A DNA stretch of 27,232 nt from Fidelibacterota bacterium (GTDB lineage Bacteria; Fidelibacterota; Marinisomatia; Marinisomatales; Marinisomataceae): NCBI GenBank assembly GCA_018672235.1, contig JABHGE010000005.1:1-27232 (forward strand), given 5' to 3'. Position numbers and translations under genes: made by a program. Of the stretch, positions 8,410 through 16,090 are shown piece by piece (position 1 is the first letter of the stretch; each line of letters opens with the position of its first letter). Under the pieces are notes generated by a model that worked only from the letters and a program-made list of their open reading frames with translations, did no database searches and was not told the origin of the DNA.

Positions 8410-9448
8410 TAAGAAATATTTTTTTATATGGATAGCGCCCGCTATTCTATTTTTTACCTTTTCATGTAATAACTCTCAAACATTTATAATCGCGGACGTG
8501 CAGCAGTTAACATTTGAAGGGGATAATGGAGAAGGGTATCTAAATCAAGAAGAAACACAAGTTGTTTTTCAGTCTAAGCGTGATGGTAACGATTGTGATA
8601 AGCTTTATTTGGTTGATATAGACGGTAAAAATTTAAAAGAATTTCCATTAAGAGATGGAGCATTTACCTGCGCTCACTATGCGCTTGATAATGAATTCAT
8701 TTTTTTTTCATCTACGATGAAAGATGGACCCGAATGTCCAGAAATCTATAAGCATCCCAATCCACGTAAATATATTTGGCCCTTAAGAAATTATGAGATT
8801 TATAAGTGGGATGGCAACACCGCAACCCAACTAACAAATGCTCCGGGTTATAACGCTGAAACCACAACTCATCCGACGGAAAGAAAAGTTATTTTTACAT
8901 CAATGCGTGAAGGAGATATAGATCTATATGAAATGGATTATGACGGTAAGAATGTAAAACGTATTACAACCGAACTTGGTTACGATGGAGGTGCATTTTA
9001 TTCTCCTGATGGAAATAGTATTGTATGGCGTGCATGGTATCCTAGTAATGACGCAGAGAGAGAAAAATGGTCTATCAATCTAGACAATCGTTATATAGAT
9101 GCAGTACCTCTAGATATTTATATAGCAAGCAGAGATGGGTCTAATAAACAAAGATTGACAGATAATGGAGCAACAAACTGGTCTCCATCATGGCATCCGA
9201 ATGGAAAGCATATCGTATTTTCATCTAATATGGATGACTGGAGGGAAGATTACAATGCCTTTGGAAGTAATTTTGAACTTTATATGATAGAGATAGAAAC
9301 TTTAAAACTTACACGCCTAACCGATAACGATACTTTTGATTCCTTTCCAGTGATATCAAAAAAAGGAAAAATTATTTTTTCTTCAAATAGAAACGCAAAA
9401 AATGCTCGTCAAACGAATATTTTTGTTGGATCTCTCCTCATTAAATAG
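8396..9448 (+). CDS. TolB-like beta-propeller (PD40 repeat) lipoprotein
   Basis: Likely lipobox TFSC; repeats GYNAE, GYDGGAFYSPDG, NWSPSWHPNGKHIVFSSN, FDSFPV..FSSNR; overlaps the peptidase gene by 14 nt. Confidence 0.85.
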   Translation: MYNFNKKYFFIWIAPAILFFTFSCNNSQTFIIADVQQLTFEGDNGEGYLNQEETQVVFQSKRDGNDCDKLYLVDIDGKNLKEFPLRDGAFTCAHYALDNEFIFFSSTMKDGPECPEIYKHPNPRKYIWPLRNYEIYKWDGNTATQLTNAPGYNAETTTHPTERKVIFTSMREGDIDLYEMDYDGKNVKRITTELGYDGGAFYSPDGNSIVWRAWYPSNDAEREKWSINLDNRYIDAVPLDIYIASRDGSNKQRLTDNGATNWSPSWHPNGKHIVFSSNMDDWREDYNAFGSNFELYMIEIETLKLTRLTDNDTFDSFPVISKKGKIIFSSNRNAKNARQTNIFVGSLLIK

Positions 9449-9452
9449 TTAC

Positions 9453-9473
9453 TATTGAGATTAAATCTCAATA
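9453..9473. promoter_or_regulatory. Fur-like operator 1 (perfect 10-1-10 palindrome TATTGAGATT-A-AATCTCAATA)
   Basis: Perfect inverted repeat just upstream of the -35 of a FecA-like receptor gene; core resembles the 7-1-7 Fur box TGA(T/G)AAT-N-ATT(A/C)TCA. Confidence 0.75.
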
Positions 9474-9477
9474 ATAC

Positions 9478-9506
9478 TTGCATTTAGAATTTTTCTACTA
9501 TAATAT
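9478..9506 (+). promoter_or_regulatory. Putative sigma70 promoter of the TonB receptor gene
   Basis: TTGCAT (9478-9483), 17 nt, TAATAT (9501-9506); TATAAT also at 9499-9504; SD-like AAGGGA at 9531-9536. Confidence 0.6.
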
Positions 9507-9524
9507 TGCGATCTAATCTCAATA
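9504..9524. promoter_or_regulatory. Fur-like operator 2 (TATTGCGATCTAATCTCAATA)
   Basis: 18/21 identical to operator 1, 51 bp downstream, overlapping the predicted -10 and transcription start. Confidence 0.7.
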
Positions 9525-9539
9525 AAGCATAAGGGAATT

Positions 9540-11915
9540 ATGAAAAAGATAACAATATTATTAGGATTCTTTAGTTTGATTTTTGCTCAGACTATTATAT
9601 CTGGTGTAGTAACAGATGGAAGCAACAATCCTGTCGCTGATGTTAATATTGTTCTTGAAAACGGTAAAGGTGCAACAAGTGGCTCTGATGGTGGTTTTAC
9701 ATTTACTGCAACAGTTCCTACAACAGCAATATTTTCAGCAATTGGTTACGCAGATAAAAGTGTATCAATTAGCAGTAAAAGTATGTCTGTAAAGCTTTCA
9801 AATAAACCTGTAGCATTAGATGCTATAGACGTTCTAGCAGATGCTGCTAGTATTACATCAGGCATGTTTCTAAGATCTGTTAGACCAAGTTCTGTTGTTT
9901 CAGCGTCAGAATTAAAACAATTTAATCATACTGATATTCACCGTGTCGTATCACGTATTCCTGGAGTTTATATACAGGAAGAAGATGGATTAGGCTTGAG
10001 GCCTAACATTGGAGTTCGTGGCACTGGTTTATCACGTATGGAAAAATTAAATGTAATGGAAGATGGTATTATTATTGCACCAGCTCCATATGCCTCACCA
10101 GCTGCATATTATTCTCCAACAATGGGGCGTATGCAATCTCTAGAAGTACGTAAAGGATCTACTCAAATTAAACATGGACCTTTTACTACAGGTGGATCAT
10201 TAAACTATATATCTACTTCAATTCCTTCATCATCATTACATAGTATTGATTTTACCGTCGGAAGTTTTGGTAAAACAGTATTGCATGTTAAGTCAGGAAA
10301 TACAGTCGGTCAATGGGGTTACTTATTTGAAGTTTATAATGATATGACTAATGGATTTAAAGAGTTAGATGGCGGGGGAGATACCGGATATGCTAAAACT
10401 GATATCATGGCTAAAGTTCGCTATGCTATGAGTGCTAATCATGCCTTAGAAATGAAAATTTCTATGACAGATGAAATCTCAGGTGAAACATATCTTGGGT
10501 TGTCAGATGATGATTATACTGCCAATCCACTAAGAAGATATCGTGCATCTCAATTAGATGAGATGGATGCCGATCACTCTCAGTTAGTATTATCATATGC
10601 AGGTAAGTTATCAGATAATTTATCATTAGCTTTCAGTGTTTATAATAATGAGTTTGCTAGAAATTGGTACAAATTAAATAAGGTAAACGGTCAAAGTCTT
10701 GGCATTGTTGCAAACCCAAGTAGCGATCAGGATACTTTTCTATTAATGAGCGCAATGGATAGTGATGCAGATGCATACAGAGTTAAAGCTAATAATCGTG
10801 AATATTTATCAAGCGGTGTTCAAGCAGTATTAAACTGGAGCATTGACAATCATGATGTACAAGCTGGTCTACGTGTTCACGCCGATGAAATGGATCGTTT
10901 TCAATGGGAAGATAGATATCAAATGGTTGCAGGTAAGTTAAACATGACTACATCAGCAACTCCCGGTTCTGACTCTAATAGAATCGATTCCGCAGAATCT
11001 ACTTCATTGTATGTTGAAGATAGAATGACATCAGGTGATTGGATCGTGACAAGCGGTATAAGATATGAAGAAATCACTGTTAAAAGAGAAGACTGGGGTA
11101 AATCAGACCAGTTTCGCGCAGCAGATGCTTCAATCAAAGAAGATACATTTGATGTAATTGTTCCTGGGATAGCAGTGGAATATGCATTAAAAGATGGAAC
11201 TACACTTGGATACGGCATTCATAAAGGATTTGCTCCTCATGGACCAGGCGGTACTAAGGTAGTTGATGGTGTTACCCAAGAAGTAAAATCAGAAGAAAGT
11301 TGGAATCATGAATGGACAGTAAGATCTTATGAAGGTTTAAACGGACTAGAGATGACATTCTTCATGAACAATTACGATAATCTTCTAGGAGCAGACACTG
11401 CTTCATCAGGTGGTACCGGATCAAATGAATTATACAATGGCGGCGCTGTTGATGTATCTGGATTAGAATTATATTTAAGACGCATGCTAATGGACAATGG
11501 AACTGTACAGTTGCCAATCGAAATTGCATATACAAAAACTAATACTGAGTTTAAAGAATCATTTGACGGTTTCTGGGGAGACGTATCTCAAGGCGATGAA
11601 CTTCCTTACATACCTGAAACAATGGTAGCTGTAAATTTAGGTGTTAACATGGATAAAACTTCTGTTAACATTGGCCTAAAACATAATTCAGCAGCAAGAA
11701 CAACAGCAGGATCTGGTCGATTAGATGGCTCAAATTCTACTGACGCGTTTACTGTAATTGATTTAGGTGTAAAACATTCACTTCAAAATAATGTAACCCT
11801 ATCTATGGGCGTTAAAAACCTATTAGATAAGGATCTTGTTGTAGCAAGAAGACCGTATGGTGCTCGCCCTACAATGCCAAGAAGTCTTACTTTTGGAGTA
11901 AACTATAATTTTTAA
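9540..11915 (+). CDS. TonB-dependent outer-membrane receptor, FecA-like (probable iron uptake)
   Basis: Signal peptide; N-terminal carboxypeptidase-regulatory-like domain (ISGVVTD...SAIGY); plug IPGVYIQEEDGLGLRPNIGVRG, APAPY, LEVRKG; C-terminal GVKNLLD...PRSLTFGVNYNF. Confidence 0.9.
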   Translation: MKKITILLGFFSLIFAQTIISGVVTDGSNNPVADVNIVLENGKGATSGSDGGFTFTATVPTTAIFSAIGYADKSVSISSKSMSVKLSNKPVALDAIDVLADAASITSGMFLRSVRPSSVVSASELKQFNHTDIHRVVSRIPGVYIQEEDGLGLRPNIGVRGTGLSRMEKLNVMEDGIIIAPAPYASPAAYYSPTMGRMQSLEVRKGSTQIKHGPFTTGGSLNYISTSIPSSSLHSIDFTVGSFGKTVLHVKSGNTVGQWGYLFEVYNDMTNGFKELDGGGDTGYAKTDIMAKVRYAMSANHALEMKISMTDEISGETYLGLSDDDYTANPLRRYRASQLDEMDADHSQLVLSYAGKLSDNLSLAFSVYNNEFARNWYKLNKVNGQSLGIVANPSSDQDTFLLMSAMDSDADAYRVKANNREYLSSGVQAVLNWSIDNHDVQAGLRVHADEMDRFQWEDRYQMVAGKLNMTTSATPGSDSNRIDSAESTSLYVEDRMTSGDWIVTSGIRYEEITVKREDWGKSDQFRAADASIKEDTFDVIVPGIAVEYALKDGTTLGYGIHKGFAPHGPGGTKVVDGVTQEVKSEESWNHEWTVRSYEGLNGLEMTFFMNNYDNLLGADTASSGGTGSNELYNGGAVDVSGLELYLRRMLMDNGTVQLPIEIAYTKTNTEFKESFDGFWGDVSQGDELPYIPETMVAVNLGVNMDKTSVNIGLKHNSAARTTAGSGRLDGSNSTDAFTVIDLGVKHSLQNNVTLSMGVKNLLDKDLVVARRPYGARPTMPRSLTFGVNYNF

Positions 11916-11963
11916 GGTTGTTCTTCTGCTTAGTTGCTTTTAATTATACTTTAAAATAGAGAG

Positions 11964-12005
11964 AATGGTGCCCAATGAACCTTCCTGTTGGGCGTTATTT
12001 TTTTT
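11964..12005 (+). terminator. Intrinsic terminator after the TonB receptor gene
   Basis: AATGGTGCCCAA / TTGGGCGTTATT stem (three G-U pairs, so it folds properly only on the + strand) followed by a T run to 12005. Confidence 0.75.
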
Positions 12006-12098
12006 ATAGAATTAATTAATATTAAATATTCATATCAAATTAGAAGTCTTATTTTGCTTAAATTATCTTAATTAATAAATAAAAAAGGAACACATAAA

Positions 12099-12824
12099 AT
12101 GAAAAAAATATTATTAATGATGATGTTTTCAAGTATTGTCTTTGGACAATACCATATGCAATCCTCTCTAAGTATTAAAGAAGGAGTTAAGGCTGCAGAT
12201 TTCGAAAAAGCAATGATTCATCACAACAAGGCGCACCAAAATGAACTAGGTGCAGTAAATACATTTCTCGTTCTTAATGGACCCAATGTGGGTCAATATG
12301 TTAGAATGCATCAAGGATTATTTCCAATTCCTGCAGATCAATTAGATGCAATTTATAATGCACATAATAATCACGCTCCAGTACCATATGATAAATGGAA
12401 TGATAGCATGTTAGTACAAGAAACTGGAACCCAGTTTTATACTGTAAGAGGCGACTTGAGCTATAACGTACAATATAGACCTGATTACAAGTATCTTACT
12501 ATGTCAGTCTGGAGAGTTCGTCAAGGCGGAAATGATGGCGCTGAAAAAGTATTTAAAATGATGAATGAAATTAGAGCAGAAATGGGCTCAACAGATCATT
12601 TTGTGTGTATGCAGACTAATACTGGTGGAAACTTTAATGAGTATGTTTTTGCAACCGGCCATGATACAATGTCTGAAACTTTAGATCAATCAGAGTTCTA
12701 TGCAGCTCTTGCAAAACTTTCTGAAAAAAATCCTGATTGGGATAAAGAATGGGCTTCAAGCGTTTGGAATGGCTACAATCAAACTATGGAGTTTAAACCT
12801 GAGTTAAGTACGCAATTAGATTAA
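12099..12824 (+). CDS. Secreted hypothetical protein
   Basis: Signal peptide MKKILLMMMFSSIVFG|Q; SD AAAGGA; flanked by terminators on both sides. Confidence 0.8.
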   Translation: MKKILLMMMFSSIVFGQYHMQSSLSIKEGVKAADFEKAMIHHNKAHQNELGAVNTFLVLNGPNVGQYVRMHQGLFPIPADQLDAIYNAHNNHAPVPYDKWNDSMLVQETGTQFYTVRGDLSYNVQYRPDYKYLTMSVWRVRQGGNDGAEKVFKMMNEIRAEMGSTDHFVCMQTNTGGNFNEYVFATGHDTMSETLDQSEFYAALAKLSEKNPDWDKEWASSVWNGYNQTMEFKPELSTQLD

Positions 12825-12848
12825 TTATTTTATAATTAACTAAAATAT

Positions 12849-12885
12849 GAAGAGCCTATTAATTATTGTTAATAGGCTCTTTTTC
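12849..12885 (+). terminator. Intrinsic terminator
   Basis: AGAGCCTATTAA-TTATTG-TTAATAGGCTCT followed by TTTT. Confidence 0.8.
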
Positions 12886-12900
12886 TATTAACATTCAAAT

Positions 12901-13938
12901 ATGTTCAATAAAAAGTCAAAATTTGAATTAAGAAAAGATTTAGAGCAAGAAGCGTTTCAACGCATTACATGCTCTTTTTATCGATATATTGATATCAAAC
13001 ATCCTGAAGATTTTCGCAATCATCTATATGAGCAATTTTCGAATCTAAATATTTTTGGTAGGGTTTACGTTGCCGAAGAAGGTGTTAATGCTCAAATAAG
13101 CGTTCCTGAGCATAAATGGAGTATCTTTGAGCATTATATTCAATCAGAAATCTTATTAAATGGTGTAAAGCTAAAAAAAGCAGTTCAAGAAGGAAGTTCT
13201 TTTATCAAGTTGAAAATTTTAGTAAAAAATGAGATCGTAGCTTATGGTGTAAATAAAGATAGTTATGACATGAATCGTATCGGCCAACATTTGTCGGCTA
13301 AAGAATTTAATGAATCAATTAACGAAGAAGGTTCTATAGTAGTAGATATGCGTAATTATTATGAGAGTGAAGTCGGTAAATTTAAAAATGCCATTACACC
13401 AGATATTCATCGCTCTCAAGAATTATTACCAGCAGTAGCAGAGTTGCTATCTGACAATCAAGATAAAAAAGTACACCTATACTGTACAGGTGGAATTCGT
13501 TGTGAAAAAGCAAGCGCTTATCTATTAGAGAAAGGGTTTAAGGACGTCTATCAGTTAGATGGTGGTATTATTCAATATGCACACGATATTAAAAAAGACA
13601 ATATTCCATCATCATTTATTGGAAAAAACTTTGTATTTGACGACAGACTAGGTGAGAAGATTACAGACGATGTAATCGGAAAATGTCATCAATGCCAAGA
13701 ATCCTGCGATCAACATGTCAATTGCAGTAATGATGCATGCCATATCTTATTTATCCAATGCCAAGATTGTGCAACGAAATATGATAAATGTTGTTCGGAT
13801 GATTGCAAAGACTTTAATACTCTAGATATTGAAGCGCAAAGAAAACTAAGAAAAGATATAGATAAAAAAGTTTCTAGTGCTAAATTATCAACTAAATTTA
13901 GACCAAAACTATATAAACTATTTAATTATTGGAAATAA
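12901..13938 (+). CDS. trhO: Oxygen-dependent tRNA uridine(34) hydroxylase (YceA/UPF0176 rhodanese family)
   Basis: SFYRY, GRVYVAEEGVNAQ, DMRNYYESEVGKF, YCTGGIRCEKAS, LDGGIIQY, GKNFVFDDR and Cys-rich tail CHQC...C...CH. Confidence 0.9.
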   Translation: MFNKKSKFELRKDLEQEAFQRITCSFYRYIDIKHPEDFRNHLYEQFSNLNIFGRVYVAEEGVNAQISVPEHKWSIFEHYIQSEILLNGVKLKKAVQEGSSFIKLKILVKNEIVAYGVNKDSYDMNRIGQHLSAKEFNESINEEGSIVVDMRNYYESEVGKFKNAITPDIHRSQELLPAVAELLSDNQDKKVHLYCTGGIRCEKASAYLLEKGFKDVYQLDGGIIQYAHDIKKDNIPSSFIGKNFVFDDRLGEKITDDVIGKCHQCQESCDQHVNCSNDACHILFIQCQDCATKYDKCCSDDCKDFNTLDIEAQRKLRKDIDKKVSSAKLSTKFRPKLYKLFNYWK

Positions 13939-13942
13939 GCAT

Positions 13943-14596
13943 ATGTCACTACTAAATAAAATAAAAGAAATGATAAGTAACCCAATCTCAGTTAGCTATA
14001 AACAGAAAAAAGAGTATAGTAAATTTGATATGATTGTATTGAACCCTATTTTTCTTTTTGTTCTAGTTGCTACTCTAACATGGTCTGCATGGGACGTTTC
14101 AAGACCTAAAACCTCTTCACCAGCAGATACTGCACTTAGCAATGCAATGATTTATTTTGAAAGAGGAGATTTCGATAACGCGGTCTTGCAGTTGGAGTCA
14201 GTGGTAGAGAATCATAAAAAAACCTCAGCTGCAGTGCATGCTAAATTCTATTTAGGTAGAACTGCCTTTATAAATGGTAATAATGACAAGGCTATGATGT
14301 TATTATCTGAGTGTGCTTCAAAGTTAGATTATTCTACATTAAAAACAGAAGCCTATATCATGTTAGGACAGCTTGATTCCAATGTAGATAATGCTGTAAA
14401 ATTTTTTAATAAGGCAGCAAAAAATGCTTTATCCGATAATGAAGTGACTTATATATCGATATTGAAAGCAAAACGCTTAGCTATGGCTGGAGAAAAAACT
14501 GAAGCTTTAGCAATTTTAGATAACTTAGATTCTGAAAACAGTACCTACAAAGAGCTGTTTGAAGAGGTGTACGGAGTAGTATTAAGTTTAAACTAA
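13943..14596 (+). CDS. Membrane-anchored TPR protein (YfgM-like architecture)
   Basis: Likely start is ATG 13943, since the track start at 13877 overlaps trhO. One TM helix (IFLFVLVATLTWSAW) then TPR helices (AMIYFERGDFDNA, AKFYLG). Confidence 0.7.
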   Translation: MSLLNKIKEMISNPISVSYKQKKEYSKFDMIVLNPIFLFVLVATLTWSAWDVSRPKTSSPADTALSNAMIYFERGDFDNAVLQLESVVENHKKTSAAVHAKFYLGRTAFINGNNDKAMMLLSECASKLDYSTLKTEAYIMLGQLDSNVDNAVKFFNKAAKNALSDNEVTYISILKAKRLAMAGEKTEALAILDNLDSENSTYKELFEEVYGVVLSLN

Positions 14597-14601
14597 GTTT
14601 C

Positions 14602-14630
14602 TTGTTTAAAAGGTTTTTAATAAATATATT
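14602..14630 (+). promoter_or_regulatory. Putative sigma70 promoter upstream of the nusA leader
   Basis: TTGTTT (14602-14607), 17 nt, TATATT (14625-14630); AT-rich context lowers certainty. Confidence 0.45.
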
Positions 14631-14642
14631 TACGCAGTATTT

Positions 14643-14667
14643 GAGTGGGCCACGGCCCATTTTTGTT
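14643..14667 (+). terminator. GC-rich hairpin with T tract in the nusA leader (attenuator-like)
   Basis: GAGTGGGC-CACG-GCCCATTTTTGTT; resembles the GTGGG..CCCA(C/T)TTTT hairpin usually found upstream of rimP-nusA operons. Confidence 0.65.
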
Positions 14668-14692
14668 ATAATAGAAAATTTGAAAGGTTGAT

Positions 14693-16087
14693 ATGGTAAA
14701 CAGAGATTTAATTGAAATTTTTATTGAACTAGCGAGAGAAAAAAATATTGAGCGTTCTGAGCTTGGAACAATTATTGAACAGCTATTTTTATTTATTATC
14801 GATAAAGAAAAAGGCGAATCTGATAATTGTAGTGTAATTGTTAATCTAGATAAAGGTGAAATTGAAATTTATGTAGAAAAAACAATAGTTGAAGAAGTAG
14901 ATGATGATCACTTCGATATTACATTAGAAAGAGCCCTAGAGCTTGAGCCAGAGCTTGTCGATTTGAAATTAGGAGATACTTTTGTAGAAGTAGTTGACCC
15001 TGCAAACTTCGGTAGAAGATTGGTTGCAAATGCAAGACAGTTTTTAAATAAGCGAACACGTGAAGTGCAGCAGCAATATATCTATGAAGATTATGTACAA
15101 AGAATTGGTGAGGTAATTATCGGTACTGTACATCAAGTCCATAGAGAGAATACATTTGTTAATATCGAACAAACTGAACTAAGAATGCCTCGAAATGAGC
15201 AAATTTTTTCAGAAAGATTCAGAAGAGGAGACACAATTAGAGCTCTTGTTAAAGCTGTTGAAGTCACTCCAAAAGGTCCAGATATTTTGATATCTAGAAG
15301 CGATGACTTATTTCTTTACAAATTGTTTGAGATGGAAGTTCCTGAAATTGAAGATGGTATTATTGAAATAAAAGGAATTGCTAGAAAACCTGGAGAAAGA
15401 AGTAAAATTATTGTTCATTCTATTGACAAGAGAATTGATGCGGTTGGTGCTTGTGTTGGTATGAGAGGAAGTCGTATTCAATCAGTAGTAAGAGAATTAA
15501 ACAATGAGAAGATTGATATTGTTAACTATACTGAAAAATCAGAAGTCTTCATTACTAGAGCTTTATCGCCAGCTAAACCAATTGATCTATATCTCGATGA
15601 TGATAAGAAATATTGTGTAGCAATTTTTGACGAAGGTGGTTTAGAAAATGCAGTTGGTAGAAGTGGAGTAAATATCAATTTAGCCTCTAAATTGACAGGC
15701 TACACAATCGATGCTTACACTAAAAAAGAATACGATGAAGTATTAATAAATCAGCAAAAAGGTCTTGATTCTTTTGATGGAATTAAGAAGGGAGTATTAA
15801 AAAAACTATCCGAAGCTGGTATTGTTAGTGTTGCTGACTATTTAGGGTCAAAAAAGTTTATCTTAGTTGACGAGCTTGATCTTACTGGAGATGAGATTAA
15901 TTCTATAAGTGCTGTTGTAAATACTTTTATTGGTAGAAATGATGAGCCAGAAGAAGTAGCTGTTGAAACTCCTGTTGAAGAAGTAGCTGTTGAGACTCCT
16001 GTTGAAGAAGTAGCTGTTGAAATTCCTGTTGAAGAAGAAGCTGTTGAGACTCCTGCTGAAGAATTAGTAGAAGAAGAGGAAAAATAA
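14693..16087 (+). CDS. nusA: Transcription termination/antitermination factor NusA
   Basis: FGRR, S1 domain, LFEMEVPEIEDG, AR.PGERSK, GACVGMRGSRIQSV (KH), GRSGVNINLASKLTG; precedes infB. Confidence 0.97.
   Translation: MVNRDLIEIFIELAREKNIERSELGTIIEQLFLFIIDKEKGESDNCSVIVNLDKGEIEIYVEKTIVEEVDDDHFDITLERALELEPELVDLKLGDTFVEVVDPANFGRRLVANARQFLNKRTREVQQQYIYEDYVQRIGEVIIGTVHQVHRENTFVNIEQTELRMPRNEQIFSERFRRGDTIRALVKAVEVTPKGPDILISRSDDLFLYKLFEMEVPEIEDGIIEIKGIARKPGERSKIIVHSIDKRIDAVGACVGMRGSRIQSVVRELNNEKIDIVNYTEKSEVFITRALSPAKPIDLYLDDDKKYCVAIFDEGGLENAVGRSGVNINLASKLTGYTIDAYTKKEYDEVLINQQKGLDSFDGIKKGVLKKLSEAGIVSVADYLGSKKFILVDELDLTGDEINSISAVVNTFIGRNDEPEEVAVETPVEEVAVETPVEEVAVEIPVEEEAVETPAEELVEEEEK
15950..16057 (+). 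repeat. Four tandem 27-nt coding repeats (EEVAVETPV) in the NusA tail
   Basis: GAAGAAGTAGCTGTTGARACTCCTGTT x4 with few substitutions, in frame. Confidence 0.95.
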
Positions 16088-16090
16088 TAC

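Noticed and set aside
8396..9448. Calling the propeller protein tolB
   Set aside because: Lacks the TolB N-terminal domain and tol-pal gene context.
13877..13942. N-terminal extension of the TPR gene in the ORF track
   Set aside because: Overlaps trhO by 62 nt; ATG 13943, 4 nt after the trhO stop, is the more plausible start.
15950..16057. 27-nt repeats as a possible CRISPR array
   Set aside because: Units are directly adjacent with no spacers, are in frame within nusA, and no cas genes are present.
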